Assembly (NCBI GenBank): GCA_963663385.2
Contig: CAXXXD010000001.1
Span: forward strand, 160,001-224,000
Origin: Oceanispirochaeta sp.
GTDB lineage: Bacteria > Spirochaetota > Spirochaetia > DSM-2461
Length of the DNA stretch: 64,000 nucleotides
Reading direction: 5' to 3'
A program made the position numbers and the translations under genes. The notes beneath the pieces were generated by a model that saw only the letters and a list, made by a program, of their open reading frames with translations, did not search any database and had not been told where the DNA came from. This document shows positions 1 through 9,619 of this stretch, one piece after another. The stretch's first letter is position 1; each line of letters opens with the position of its first letter.

Positions 1-879
1 AAAAATCATCTGATCCCTTCGGTTCTGGAAGAACACGGACTGTCGGAGAAGCAGGTGCTGATCAGCGATGAAGCCCTGGAGGAAGTGGTGGAGAACTACA
101 CCCGCGAAGCGGGAGTCCGGGAGCTGAAGAGAAAGATTGCCGCCCTGGCCAGAGCTGTTTCGGAAGAGGTTGTTTCGGCAGAAAAGGAACTGCCCATCAG
201 GATTACCAGGGATGAAGTGGACGGTTATCTTGAAAGCCCGAAAGTCCGTCATGAAACCATAGGGAAAGTGAATCCTCCCGGAGTCGTCACCGGTATGGCC
301 TGGACCCCGGTTGGAGGAGAGATCCTTTTTGTGGAGAGCACCTATATGCCCGGGTCAGGAGGACTGACCATTACAGGACAGCTGGGTGATGTTATGAAGG
401 AGTCCGCCCGGATATCCCTCAGCCTGATCCGTTCGCGTCTGGCTATGTTCACATCGGGATTCTCCTTCCAGGAACATGATATCCATATCCATGTTCCCTC
501 GGGAGCCGTCCCGAAAGACGGACCGTCGGCAGGAGTAACCCTGATGACATCCCTGGCTTCCCTTATCCTTGGAAAGCCTGTCCGTTCGGACCTTGCCATG
601 ACGGGAGAAGTAACCCTGCGGGGAGCCGTAATGCCTGTAGGAGGTGTAAAAGAAAAAGTGATTGCCGCCCATAGAGCCGGCATCAGAACCATCCTTCTAC
701 CCAGGGAAAACGAAAAAGATATCAGGGAGCTGCCTGAAGAGGTCCGAAACGATTTAACCATTAACCTGGCCGAGTCAATACAGGATGTTCTGAAAGCAGC
801 CCTTGGTATTGATATCCCGGAAATCCCCGGGATAGAATCACAGCAGTACGGCAGCACCACTGCCGCCGGGGAGATGTAA
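1..879 (+). CDS. lon: Lon protease paralog, C-terminal part (5' end outside window)
   Basis: Frame open from base 1; YTREAGVREL, GMAWTPVGG, catalytic KDGPSAG and GGVKEK motifs. Confidence 0.95.
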   Translation, partial: KNHLIPSVLEEHGLSEKQVLISDEALEEVVENYTREAGVRELKRKIAALARAVSEEVVSAEKELPIRITRDEVDGYLESPKVRHETIGKVNPPGVVTGMAWTPVGGEILFVESTYMPGSGGLTITGQLGDVMKESARISLSLIRSRLAMFTSGFSFQEHDIHIHVPSGAVPKDGPSAGVTLMTSLASLILGKPVRSDLAMTGEVTLRGAVMPVGGVKEKVIAAHRAGIRTILLPRENEKDIRELPEEVRNDLTINLAESIQDVLKAALGIDIPEIPGIESQQYGSTTAAGEM

Positions 880-1449
880 TTGGCAAGGGACACCAGGGAA
901 CACATACTTAAAAAAGGCATAGAACTGATAACAGAGAAGGGTTTTCACAACACAGGTATCAGCGAAATCCTCCTTTCCGCATCTGTTCCAAAAGGGTCCT
1001 TCTATCATTACTTCGGGAGTAAGAATGAGTTCGGCCGGGAAATAGTAGAAACAGCTTCGGCCGAATTTCTGAATTGTCTGCAGGAGTACTGCAACAGGGA
1101 TTTGCCGCCTCTGGAAAGGCTTCGCCTCTATATGGAAGACAAGATTGAGCATATGACGCCCTGTCAGTGCAACTGTCTTTTTGGAAAGTTGTCGCAGGAA
1201 GTAGGTGAAGAAACGCCGGAGCTGGCGGACAGCCTGCAGGCTGTTTTCAATTCCTGGAACAGGATACTTGCGGATCTGCTGAGAGAAGCCCGGGAAAGGG
1301 GAGAACTGAAAAACAGTGAAGATCCTGAAATGCTGGCCCGCTTTATCCTGGCAGGCTGGGAAGGGGCGATATCTCAAAGCCGGGTGAGACGGGATACAAC
1401 GCCTCTGAGGGAATTCTCAACCCTCCTGTTTTCATTTCTGACAGGATAG
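880..1449 (+). CDS. TetR/AcrR family regulator (NemR-like)
   Basis: HTH motif GFHNTGISEIL...VPKGSFYHYFGSK; TTG start directly after the lon stop, GGGGAG upstream. Confidence 0.9.
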   Translation: MARDTREHILKKGIELITEKGFHNTGISEILLSASVPKGSFYHYFGSKNEFGREIVETASAEFLNCLQEYCNRDLPPLERLRLYMEDKIEHMTPCQCNCLFGKLSQEVGEETPELADSLQAVFNSWNRILADLLREARERGELKNSEDPEMLARFILAGWEGAISQSRVRRDTTPLREFSTLLFSFLTG

Positions 1450-1450
1450 A

Positions 1451-1813
1451 TCAGGATTTCTTTCTACCGGTGTCCTCATCCAGTCTGGGACATCCCGGAC
1501 GGGTGTGGCAACTATCTCTGCTGCAGAATTTCACGTTCCCGCCCTCTATCACCAGGGGCCTCGATTCAACCAGAGCTGTAGCTACTTTTTTATGGGCGGA
1601 ATCCAGTATGCGGGCAAAGGTTTGGCGGGAAGTACCCATGCTTTCGGCGGCTTTATCCTGATACAGTCCCAGCTTGTCCGCCAGGCGGATGGATTCAAAC
1701 TCTTCCAGAGTCAGAATGATATTTTCTCTGGCGGTGACGGGAATCCCGGCAGGCTTAAAAACGCAGGCTTCAGGCTTTCGACAGATTGTTTTCTGTGTTG
1801 ACGGTCGGGGCAT
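1451..1813 (-). CDS. DUF134 family putative DNA-binding protein
   Basis: MPRP...FKPAG...LTLEEFESIRLAD..GLYQ..AA.SMGTSRQTF.RIL.SAHKKVA.ALV...L.IEGG is the family signature. Confidence 0.9.
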   Translation of the reverse strand: MPRPSTQKTICRKPEACVFKPAGIPVTARENIILTLEEFESIRLADKLGLYQDKAAESMGTSRQTFARILDSAHKKVATALVESRPLVIEGGNVKFCSRDSCHTRPGCPRLDEDTGRKKS

Positions 1814-1882
1814 AACTATCCTCTCTATTAACTATCCTGATGGTATTTTAAGAAAAAATCAACAACAGATGTGACCTTTATC

Positions 1883-1910
1883 TTGACAATTATGGGAATA
1901 TGCTCATAAT
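1883..1910 (+). promoter_or_regulatory. sigma70-type promoter (TTGACA-N16-CATAAT) overlapped by palindrome ATTATGGGAATATGCTCATAAT
   Basis: Read directly between divergent DUF134 and NifX-family genes. Confidence 0.7.
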
Positions 1911-1938
1911 ATTTTCTTATACACTCCGGGAGGAACCC

Positions 1939-2304
1939 ATGAGAATTGCAGTTTCATGCACAGAGGAAAGTACTAAAAAAATGGCAAGTCCCAGTTTTGG
2001 CAGAGCTCCTTTTTTTTATCTGGCGGAATCAGAAGAATATACAGGGTATTTTGTACCGAATACGCAAAATAAACAAGCCGTTCAGGGTGCCGGAATCCAG
2101 TCTGCCCAGACCATCCTCAGAGAAGAAGCCGAGGTTCTGATTACAGGGCACTGCGGTCCCAAAGCGTTCCGTGTTTTAACGGAAGGGGGAGTCAGGATTT
2201 TCCAGGGGGAACCGAAACGAACCGTGGATGAAACCCTGAAAGATTTCTTTGACAATAAACTTGTGGAACTGAAATCTGCGGATGTTGAAGGACACTGGGT
2301 ATAA
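1939..2304 (+). CDS. NifB/NifX family (orange-protein-like) metallocluster-binding protein
   Basis: FGRAPFF, GAGIQSAQ, ITGHCGPKAF motifs; GGAGG RBS before ATG 1939. Confidence 0.9.
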   Translation: MRIAVSCTEESTKKMASPSFGRAPFFYLAESEEYTGYFVPNTQNKQAVQGAGIQSAQTILREEAEVLITGHCGPKAFRVLTEGGVRIFQGEPKRTVDETLKDFFDNKLVELKSADVEGHWV

Positions 2305-2305
2305 A

Positions 2306-3154
2306 ATGAAAATAGCAATAGCATCAGGAAAAGGGGGAACGGGGAAATCCAGCATTTCCACATCCCTGGCCGCCTGCCTTGCAGAAAACGGAACCCCAGT
2401 AGCCCTTTTTGACTGTGATGTGGAAGAACCGAACTGCCATCTGCTCCTGAACCGAACAGAAACTGTCAACAGGGATATACCCGTACAGATACCAGCCCTA
2501 ACCGCTCCCGACAAGTGCACGCAATGCGGCATCTGCGCTACAGTCTGCCGGTTCAATGCCCTGGCTTCCTTTAAAACTAAGCCCCTTTTCTTTCCCGAAC
2601 TCTGCCACAGCTGCGGCGGTTGCCAGTTAGCCTGCCCTCAGAATGCCATTTCAATGGTTGAGCATATTCCGGCACAGAGCAGAGACAGCATTGAAAATGG
2701 TCTGCATCTGATAGAAGGAGTCATGAATATTGGAGAAGCCCAGGCAACCAGAGTGATCAGGGAACTGGTGAAAACACCTGTAAGCGAAGAGGTGCAGATA
2801 CTGGACTCACCTCCCGGCACATCCTGTTCCTTTATGGCCACTGTCAGCATCTGTGACTTCCTTATCCTTGTAACAGAGCCGACTCCTTTCGGCCTGCACG
2901 ACCTTAAACTCGCACTCGAAGCCATAGAAACCATGAATATCCCCTACGGAATCATTGAGAACAAGGCGGAAGAAGGTGTCACCCTGATTCAGGATTTCTG
3001 CAGAGACGATGGTCACCCCCTCCTGATGTCCATACCCTTTTCCAGGAACGTTGCAGAGAATTATTCCCATGGGAAACTGCCCTACTACAACCAGACAGAG
3101 GTTCAGAAGGGATTCGAACAGCTTTTGAATCAGATCAGGAGTGAGTGCGCATGA
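2306..3154 (+). CDS. MinD-superfamily P-loop ATPase with 2x[4Fe-4S] insert (COG1149)
   Basis: ASGKGGTGKS, DCDVEEPN, two CxxCxxCxxxC motifs, DSPPGTSC, VTEPTPFG. Confidence 0.9.
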   Translation: MKIAIASGKGGTGKSSISTSLAACLAENGTPVALFDCDVEEPNCHLLLNRTETVNRDIPVQIPALTAPDKCTQCGICATVCRFNALASFKTKPLFFPELCHSCGGCQLACPQNAISMVEHIPAQSRDSIENGLHLIEGVMNIGEAQATRVIRELVKTPVSEEVQILDSPPGTSCSFMATVSICDFLILVTEPTPFGLHDLKLALEAIETMNIPYGIIENKAEEGVTLIQDFCRDDGHPLLMSIPFSRNVAENYSHGKLPYYNQTEVQKGFEQLLNQIRSECA

Positions 3155-4017
3155 AAACTTGGACCATATTAAGCGGTAAGGGCGGCGCCGGTAAAACAAC
3201 CATAACAGCAACCTTTGCCCAGCTGATGAAAGACGGTGTAATGGCCGACTGCGATGTGGATGCGGCCGACCTTGCCCTGATACTCAAAGGGAAAAAGCAG
3301 TACGAGGAAAAGTTTTTCAGTGGGAAACTGGCCCGGATAAACCAGGATAAATGTACGTCCTGCGGCAAATGCATGGAACTGTGCCGTTTTGATGCTATCA
3401 GTAATGAAAACGGAAACTATACAGTAGCAGAGGACCGCTGTGAAGGTTGCGGAGTCTGCTTTGACCACTGCCCGGAAAAAGCCGTAGAATTTAACGACCA
3501 CGATTCTGGAATGTGCTATCACTCGGAAACCGAATCAGGCCCCCTGATTCATGCCAGACTTCATCCCGGCGGCGACAATTCCGGAAAACTGGTAACCCGC
3601 GTAAAGGAAATGGCCGAAGAAGTGGGAGAAAAACAGGGTCGGAACAGAATACTGATTGACGGACCTCCCGGAATAGGATGCCCCGTTCTGGCCTCTCTGA
3701 ACCTGTCGGAGCAGGTATTAATTGTAACAGAACCCACCCCATCCGGTCTTCATGACATGAAACGGCTCAGCCAGGTCTTGAAACATTTTAAAATTCCGGG
3801 TTCATTATGTGTTAACAAAGCAGATATCAACAGTGAGCTGACAAATGAGATTCGAAGCCTTGCAAATGAACTTGATCTGCGGTGGTTGGGAGAGATACCC
3901 TTTGATCCGGCCGTTCCGGCTGCTCTCAGAGAGGGGAAAACTCCTCTGGAAGCTCAAATTGAGCCGGTCCACAAAGCAATACAAAATATTTGGGAGAAAT
4001 GGAATGAGTACATGTGA
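3151..4017 (+). CDS. second COG1149 P-loop ATPase with ferredoxin insert
   Basis: SGKGGAGKT, DCDVDAAD, two ferredoxin motifs, DGPPGIGC; ATGA overlap with previous gene. Confidence 0.9.
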   Translation: MKTWTILSGKGGAGKTTITATFAQLMKDGVMADCDVDAADLALILKGKKQYEEKFFSGKLARINQDKCTSCGKCMELCRFDAISNENGNYTVAEDRCEGCGVCFDHCPEKAVEFNDHDSGMCYHSETESGPLIHARLHPGGDNSGKLVTRVKEMAEEVGEKQGRNRILIDGPPGIGCPVLASLNLSEQVLIVTEPTPSGLHDMKRLSQVLKHFKIPGSLCVNKADINSELTNEIRSLANELDLRWLGEIPFDPAVPAALREGKTPLEAQIEPVHKAIQNIWEKWNEYM

Positions 4018-4843
4018 CCACAACTGCGAAAGCTGTGAAAGCAAAGATAACTGCGATCATAAACTGATCGACAGAATGGATAAGATCAAGAACAAAATTA
4101 TGGTTCTGTCCGGAAAAGGAGGAGTCGGCAAGAGTTCCGTAGCGGCCTCTCTGGCCCTGAGCCTTGCTTCCCAGGGGAATAAAGTAGGTCTTCTTGACCT
4201 GGACTTCCACGGGCCCAGTATCCCCACCCTCTTCGGAGTTCAGGGGATGTCTCTGGTTTCGGACGGAGAGAATATGATTCCCCTGGAAGCAAAAGGAATC
4301 AAGCTTCTGTCCGTCGGTTTTCTGCTGGAAAACCAGGACAGTGCCGTTATATGGAGAGGCCCCATGAAAATGGGAGTAATCCAGCAGTTTCTCAGAGATG
4401 TGGAATGGGGAGAACTGGACTACCTGATTATGGACTTTCCTCCCGGAACTGGAGATGAAGCCCTTTCTGCCTGCCAGACCGTACCCAATGCAGCAGGGGG
4501 AATCATTGTTACAACCCCTCAGGAAGTCTCACTTTCCGACTGCCGGAAAAGCATCGACTTCTGCCGGAAGCTGAACCTTCCGATTCTGGGCGTTATAGAG
4601 AACATGAACGGATTTGTCTGTCCCAAGTGCGGCGAGGTAACTCCTATTTTCTCAACCGGCGGTGGAGAGAAAATGGCAAAATCCGATAATCTTCCCTTCC
4701 TGGGCAGCCTTCCCCTGGATCCGAACTTTACACGGAAATGTGATGAAGGAAACATAACTGTGGACCTTGATTCCCCTGTTGTTGAGGGAATCAAGGCAGC
4801 CGCAATGGAAATACAAAACCATCTATTAGGAGTTTTAAAATGA
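4004..4843 (+). CDS. mrp: Mrp/NBP35 (ApbC) Fe-S carrier ATPase
   Basis: N-terminal Cys cluster, SGKGGVGKS, WRGPMK, DFPPGTGDE, CPKC. Confidence 0.9.
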   Translation: MSTCDHNCESCESKDNCDHKLIDRMDKIKNKIMVLSGKGGVGKSSVAASLALSLASQGNKVGLLDLDFHGPSIPTLFGVQGMSLVSDGENMIPLEAKGIKLLSVGFLLENQDSAVIWRGPMKMGVIQQFLRDVEWGELDYLIMDFPPGTGDEALSACQTVPNAAGGIIVTTPQEVSLSDCRKSIDFCRKLNLPILGVIENMNGFVCPKCGEVTPIFSTGGGEKMAKSDNLPFLGSLPLDPNFTRKCDEGNITVDLDSPVVEGIKAAAMEIQNHLLGVLK

Positions 4844-5178
4844 AAATAGCAATCCCCTGCGCAGATAAAGTGCTTTGTGCCCATTTTGGCCATTGTGAAG
4901 CTTTTGCCATTCTTGATGTGGATATGGAATCCGGAAAAATGGGCGAGATCGAATATGTGACTCCTCCTCCCCACGAACCCGGGGTTCTTCCCAAGTGGCT
5001 GGGAGAAAAACAGGTAAATCTGATAATCGCCGGCGGTATGGGTCAGAGAGCCCAGCAGCTTTTCGGCAATCAGGGAATTCAGGTTGTTGTCGGAGCAGAA
5101 GCCGGTTCTCCCGAGAATGTGGTAACAAGCTACATGGACGGCACCCTGCAGACAGGGAGCAATCTCTGCGATCACTGA
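4840..5178 (+). CDS. NifB/NifX family protein
   Basis: HFGHCE, PPPHEPG, AGGMG, C-terminal CDH. Confidence 0.88.
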   Translation: MKIAIPCADKVLCAHFGHCEAFAILDVDMESGKMGEIEYVTPPPHEPGVLPKWLGEKQVNLIIAGGMGQRAQQLFGNQGIQVVVGAEAGSPENVVTSYMDGTLQTGSNLCDH

Positions 5179-5196
5179 TTATTGTTTCAGGCTGAG

Positions 5197-5231
5197 AAAA
5201 AACGGATTCGTCTGGGCGGTCCGTTTTTTTT
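5197..5231 (+). terminator. intrinsic terminator, probably bidirectional
   Basis: AAAAAACGGA...TCCGTTTTTTTT hairpin. Confidence 0.8.
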
Positions 5232-5261
5232 ACTCCCGGAGTTAATTTATACTTAAACATA

Positions 5262-5319
5262 TTGACTAATAGTTAAGCATGATTTATAAATACTTATATA
5301 TGTTTAGCGTGAATAAACA
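5262..5319 (+). promoter_or_regulatory. promoter TTGACT-N17-TATAAA with downstream palindrome TGTTTA-N7-TAAACA
   Basis: Read directly upstream of the XRE-cupin gene. Confidence 0.55.
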
Positions 5320-5333
5320 GGATTGAGGGAGAA

Positions 5334-5921
5334 ATGGCAAAATCCAATAGAACAGAATACCGGTTCGGTGAAAAGATCAAGAAAGTCCGGGAGAGTCAGG
5401 GGATAACCCTGAAACAGCTGGCCCATCAGATGGATGTAAGTACCAGCCTCATCTCCCAGATTGAGAACAATAAGGTCTCCCCCTCCATCGACACCCTCTT
5501 AAATCTGGCGGATATCCTGGATATAGATCCGGAGTATCTGTTCAGGGATTTCCGCAAAAGACGGAAAGTCCGAATTGTCCATCAGGAAGACAGGAACAAC
5601 CTGGTTCTGGGAGACGTACAGTATGAACTGCTGACTCCGCCCATAGGCGAAGACGAAGAGTATGCCGTAGAAGCCCTGGAACTGGTTGTTCCTCCGGGGA
5701 GAAAAAAAGGGAGCGAACAGTTCGGCCATCCCGGAAGGGAGATGGGAGTCATACTGGAAGGAAAAGCGGAACTGCTGTACGGCACGGAAAGCTACCAGCT
5801 GACAAAAGGAGACAGCCTCTCTTTCTCCTCCTCGGTTCCCCATACCCTGATCAATACGGGAAAAAAAGACCTGAAAGCCATTTGGATTATTACCCCTCCC
5901 CGCCTGTTCTCGGCAGATTGA
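5334..5921 (+). CDS. XRE-family HTH-cupin transcriptional regulator
   Basis: N-terminal HTH (LISQIENNKVSPS) plus cupin motifs (HPGRE, GDSLSF..SVPH). Confidence 0.92.
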   Translation: MAKSNRTEYRFGEKIKKVRESQGITLKQLAHQMDVSTSLISQIENNKVSPSIDTLLNLADILDIDPEYLFRDFRKRRKVRIVHQEDRNNLVLGDVQYELLTPPIGEDEEYAVEALELVVPPGRKKGSEQFGHPGREMGVILEGKAELLYGTESYQLTKGDSLSFSSSVPHTLINTGKKDLKAIWIITPPRLFSAD

Positions 5922-5999
5922 AGGGGCAGGAATGGATAGGACAGCCCCCGATACAGGGAGGACTGCTTTTATATATCCCACTATACAGAAGGAGTTATT

Positions 6000-7286
6000 A
6001 TGGGAAAGACAATAGCTGAAAAGATTTTTGATGCCCATAGGGTGGACAGCCCCGAAGAGGGCGTACACGTACTGAAACTGGACAGGGTTTTCTGTCATGA
6101 AATTACAACCCCCATTGCCATCAACGATCTGGTAAGCAGAGGAATGGACAGGGTTTTCGATCCGGATAAAATCAAGGCCGTTATCGACCATGTAACCCCC
6201 GCCAAAGACTCCAAGACTGCGGAACAGGGGAAAATCATGAGAGAGTGGGCGGCCAGACAGGGGATCAGGGATTTTTTTGACATTGGTCGTAACGGTGTCT
6301 GCCATGCCATATTCCCGGAGAAAGGATTTGTTCACCCCGGTTTTACCGTCATTATGGGAGACTCCCACACCTGTACCCACGGGGCATTCGGCGCCTTTGC
6401 CGCTGGTGTTGGAACCACAGACCTTGAAGTAGGCATCCTCAAGGGAGTCTGCAGCTTCCTTACCCCCGAAACAATTAAAATCAATGTAAGCGGTAACTTG
6501 AAGGATGGAGTCTACGCCAAGGATGTTATCCTCTCCATCATTGCCAAGCTTGGTGTTAACGGCGCAACCAATAAGGTGATTGAATTTACCGGTCCTGTTA
6601 TTGATCAGTTTAATATGGACGAAAGAATGACAATCTGTAATATGGCCATTGAAGCGGGAGGAACCTGCGGGATCTGTTACCCCGATCAGACAACCGTCGA
6701 TTACCTGTGGGAGTTTATCAAAGACGATTACAGCTCCAGAGAAGAAGCTCTGAAAGAGTTTAAAAAATGGCAGTCCGATGGGGATGCGGAATACGCTCAG
6801 ATTGTTGAGCTTGACGTGAGCGAACTGGAACCTGTCGTAACTTTTGGTTACAAACCCGATCAGGTTAAAACAATTCGCGAGATGGAAGGAACTCCGGTTA
6901 ACCAGGTGTATATCGGCAGCTGTACCAACGGTCGCATCGAAGACCTCCGGGTAGCCGCAGAAGTCCTGAAAGGTAAAAAGGTATCCGATTCAGTCAGAGT
7001 CGTTCTCTCACCGGCGACACCTGATATCTACAAAGCAGCCCTGAAAGAGGGATTGATTGAAATTTTCATGGACGCCGGAGTCTGTTTGACCAACCCGACA
7101 TGCGGAGCCTGTCTGGGAATGAGTAACGGTGTACTGGCCGAAGGAGAAGCCTGTGCGTCCACTACCAACCGGAACTTTAACGGAAGAATGGGAAAAGGCG
7201 GAATGGTCCACCTTATGAGCCCGGCATCCGCCGCCGCAGCAGCTATTACCGGAACCATCACCAATTCATCACTGTACAAGGGGTAA
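6000..7286 (+). CDS. leuC: 3-isopropylmalate dehydratase/homoaconitase large subunit (short type)
   Basis: GDSHTCTHGA, IGSCTNGR, CGACLG, STTNRNF.GRMG. Confidence 0.9.
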   Translation: MGKTIAEKIFDAHRVDSPEEGVHVLKLDRVFCHEITTPIAINDLVSRGMDRVFDPDKIKAVIDHVTPAKDSKTAEQGKIMREWAARQGIRDFFDIGRNGVCHAIFPEKGFVHPGFTVIMGDSHTCTHGAFGAFAAGVGTTDLEVGILKGVCSFLTPETIKINVSGNLKDGVYAKDVILSIIAKLGVNGATNKVIEFTGPVIDQFNMDERMTICNMAIEAGGTCGICYPDQTTVDYLWEFIKDDYSSREEALKEFKKWQSDGDAEYAQIVELDVSELEPVVTFGYKPDQVKTIREMEGTPVNQVYIGSCTNGRIEDLRVAAEVLKGKKVSDSVRVVLSPATPDIYKAALKEGLIEIFMDAGVCLTNPTCGACLGMSNGVLAEGEACASTTNRNFNGRMGKGGMVHLMSPASAAAAAITGTITNSSLYKG

Positions 7287-7289
7287 AAC

Positions 7290-7826
7290 ATGAGTCAGAA
7301 AAAATCATTCAACGGAAAAGTCCTCTTTCTGGACCGATCCGACATTAATACGGACGAGATTATTCCGGCAAAATATCTGACGGAAATAACAAAAGAGGCT
7401 TTGAAACCCTATCTGCTGGAAGACCTGAAAATGGACGGATTCAATCCGGCTTCCGATCTGGAAGGCGTTAAGGTTATTATAACCAGGAGCAACTTCGGCT
7501 GCGGATCCTCACGTGAGCATGCCCCGTGGGCACTGGAAGTCAATGACATCAATCTGGTAATAGCTGAAAACTTCGCCCGGATTTTCCGCCAGAATATGTA
7601 TAACTGCGGAATGATGGCTGTGGAACTGCCCGCCGAAGAGATCGATTCCCTCTTCAGGGATTTTGCAGGAGAAGAGGTCGAGCTGACAACAGACCTCGAA
7701 GCAGGGAGCTTTTCCCTGAGCAGTAAAAACGGCAAGTCCCGCACCCTGCCTTTCAAGATATCGGGATTCGACAGAACCCTGGTAGACCACGGCGGCTGGG
7801 TCGGTTACGCAGACAGCAAATACTGA
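7290..7826 (+). CDS. leuD: 3-isopropylmalate dehydratase small subunit
   Basis: DINTDEIIPA, NFGCGSSREHA, FARIF. Confidence 0.9.
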   Translation: MSQKKSFNGKVLFLDRSDINTDEIIPAKYLTEITKEALKPYLLEDLKMDGFNPASDLEGVKVIITRSNFGCGSSREHAPWALEVNDINLVIAENFARIFRQNMYNCGMMAVELPAEEIDSLFRDFAGEEVELTTDLEAGSFSLSSKNGKSRTLPFKISGFDRTLVDHGGWVGYADSKY

Positions 7827-7847
7827 TAAGGAACAGATGAAATAGAT

Positions 7848-7879
7848 GGCAGTGCTTCTTTCGGGAGCACTGTTTTTTT
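7848..7879 (+). terminator. intrinsic terminator
   Basis: CAGTGCTTC/GGAGCACTG stem followed by a T run. Confidence 0.85.
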
Positions 7880-8078
7880 AACACCGGTTCAGGCTTTCCC
7901 CTCCGGAAACAGGACAGACACTCTTCCAGCAAAATCAATTTATAACATTTTTGTATGAAATAATTCAAAAAAACTACTAATTGACCAGTTAATCAAAAAA
8001 AATGAAGAAAAAGCTTTCAGGATGTCTAACATCTCCCTTACAATGGTTCTTATATTCACTATTCAAAAGGAGGCGTCC

Positions 8079-9476
8079 ATGAGTGATGCTCAACAGCTCA
8101 AAGCGGATCTGATTTTTTCACTGGAAGATAAACCCAGCACCGGAAAAGCATTTTTCGCAGCCCTGCAGCACATGATGGCAATTTTTATCGGGATTGTCAC
8201 ACCTGCTATTGTTATCAGCGGAGTCCTGGGATTCAGCACGGAACTATCTGCCTATCTTGTCAGTATGTCCCTGTTTGTTTCCGGTATAGCCACATTTATT
8301 CAGTGCCGGAAGATCGGACCTGTCGGTTCGGGACTGCTCAGTATCCAGGGAACCAGTTTCACCTTTCTATCCGTCTGTATCGGTATCGGTTTTGCTGTAA
8401 AAGGAGCCGGAGGATCTGAAAAACAGATGCTGGCGGCCATCTTCGGAACCTGTCTGTTGGCTTCACCGGTAGAAATGATCTTCAGCCGTTTCATCCCTCT
8501 TCTGAAAAAGATCATTACACCCCTTGTCAGCGGAATTGTTGTTACCCTGATTGGTATGTCACTGATTAAAGTCGGTATTACAGATATCGGTGGCGGAGCG
8601 TGGCTGATGGATAACAAACCTGAGTTCTTTGCCAGCCCGACAAATCTGATGCTTGCCGGACTTGTACTGGTTGTAATCATTATTTTTAACAGAAGCCGCA
8701 ACAAATGGCTCCGAATGGGCGCTATTGTATTTGGTCTGGTTGCCGGTTATATCGTTGCAGCCTTAATGGGGCTGGTAAATTTCGGGAAAATTGCCACCCT
8801 GGAACCGATTGCCCTTCCTATCCCCTTTAAATATGGATTCAGCATCAGCTGGCCCCATCTGATCCCCATGGCACTGCTGTTCCTGATAACTACAGTAGAA
8901 TCCATTGGAGACCTGACAGCCACCTCCATGATTTCCGGAGAACCTGTGGAAGGCGATATATATGTGGAAAGGATATCCGGCGGTGTACTGGGAGACGGTA
9001 TCAACTCTGCCCTGGCAGCCATATTCAACTCCTTCCCCAACACAACATTCAGTCAGAACAACGGTGTCATTCAAATGACCGGTGTTGCCAGCCGTTATGT
9101 TGGATTCTGGATTTCCGGACTTCTGGTCCTCTTCGGACTCTTCCCCGTCATCGGCGGTCTTTTCTCCATCATCCCCAATTCTGTTTTGGGAGGCGCGACC
9201 CTGATTATGTTCGGTACAGTAGCCGCTTCAGGAATACGAATCATTTCCTCCAGCATCATTGACCGCAGGGGAGTCATCATAATGGCGCTCTCTTTCGGGA
9301 TGGGTCTTGGAGTTGTCTTTGTTCCGGAAATCCTGAATCACTTTACCCCCTTCCTTAAGGGTGTATTCGGTTCTGCCATCACAACCGGCGGACTGACAGC
9401 AATCTTCCTGAATATTGCTCTTCCAAAAACCTTCAAGGAACAGAAAGTGGAAGAACCCATGAAGGACATGGTTTAA
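8079..9476 (+). CDS. NCS2 xanthine/uracil permease (XanP/XanQ-like)
   Basis: LQH in TM1, ESIGD, NAT signature FSQNNGVIQMTGVASR; AAGGAGG RBS before ATG 8079. Confidence 0.92.
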   Translation: MSDAQQLKADLIFSLEDKPSTGKAFFAALQHMMAIFIGIVTPAIVISGVLGFSTELSAYLVSMSLFVSGIATFIQCRKIGPVGSGLLSIQGTSFTFLSVCIGIGFAVKGAGGSEKQMLAAIFGTCLLASPVEMIFSRFIPLLKKIITPLVSGIVVTLIGMSLIKVGITDIGGGAWLMDNKPEFFASPTNLMLAGLVLVVIIIFNRSRNKWLRMGAIVFGLVAGYIVAALMGLVNFGKIATLEPIALPIPFKYGFSISWPHLIPMALLFLITTVESIGDLTATSMISGEPVEGDIYVERISGGVLGDGINSALAAIFNSFPNTTFSQNNGVIQMTGVASRYVGFWISGLLVLFGLFPVIGGLFSIIPNSVLGGATLIMFGTVAASGIRIISSSIIDRRGVIIMALSFGMGLGVVFVPEILNHFTPFLKGVFGSAITTGGLTAIFLNIALPKTFKEQKVEEPMKDMV

Positions 9477-9484
9477 TATTATAC

Positions 9485-9575
9485 TCCCTCTCCCGGCCTC
9501 CCTTAATCCCTCCAAAGGAGGGAAACCAGATTGACGTCTCCCCTTCGGGGAGATTGAAAGGGGCTGGAGAGGGGA
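9485..9575 (+). repeat. about 91-bp structured REP/REPIN-like element, copy 1
   Basis: Near-identical to 43114-43204; outer stem plus two inner hairpins. Confidence 0.85.
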
Positions 9576-9619
9576 TTAAAAAGTGAGGGTTTAACCTGCC
9601 TACTCCCTCAGGGAGAAGC

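Noticed and set aside
1939..5178. Nitrogen-fixation cluster
   Set aside because: NifX-like domains occur without nifHDK/ENB; content matches the ORP-type operon.
7880..8078. Purine riboswitch upstream of the xanthine permease
   Set aside because: No recognisable aptamer core or expression-platform terminator.
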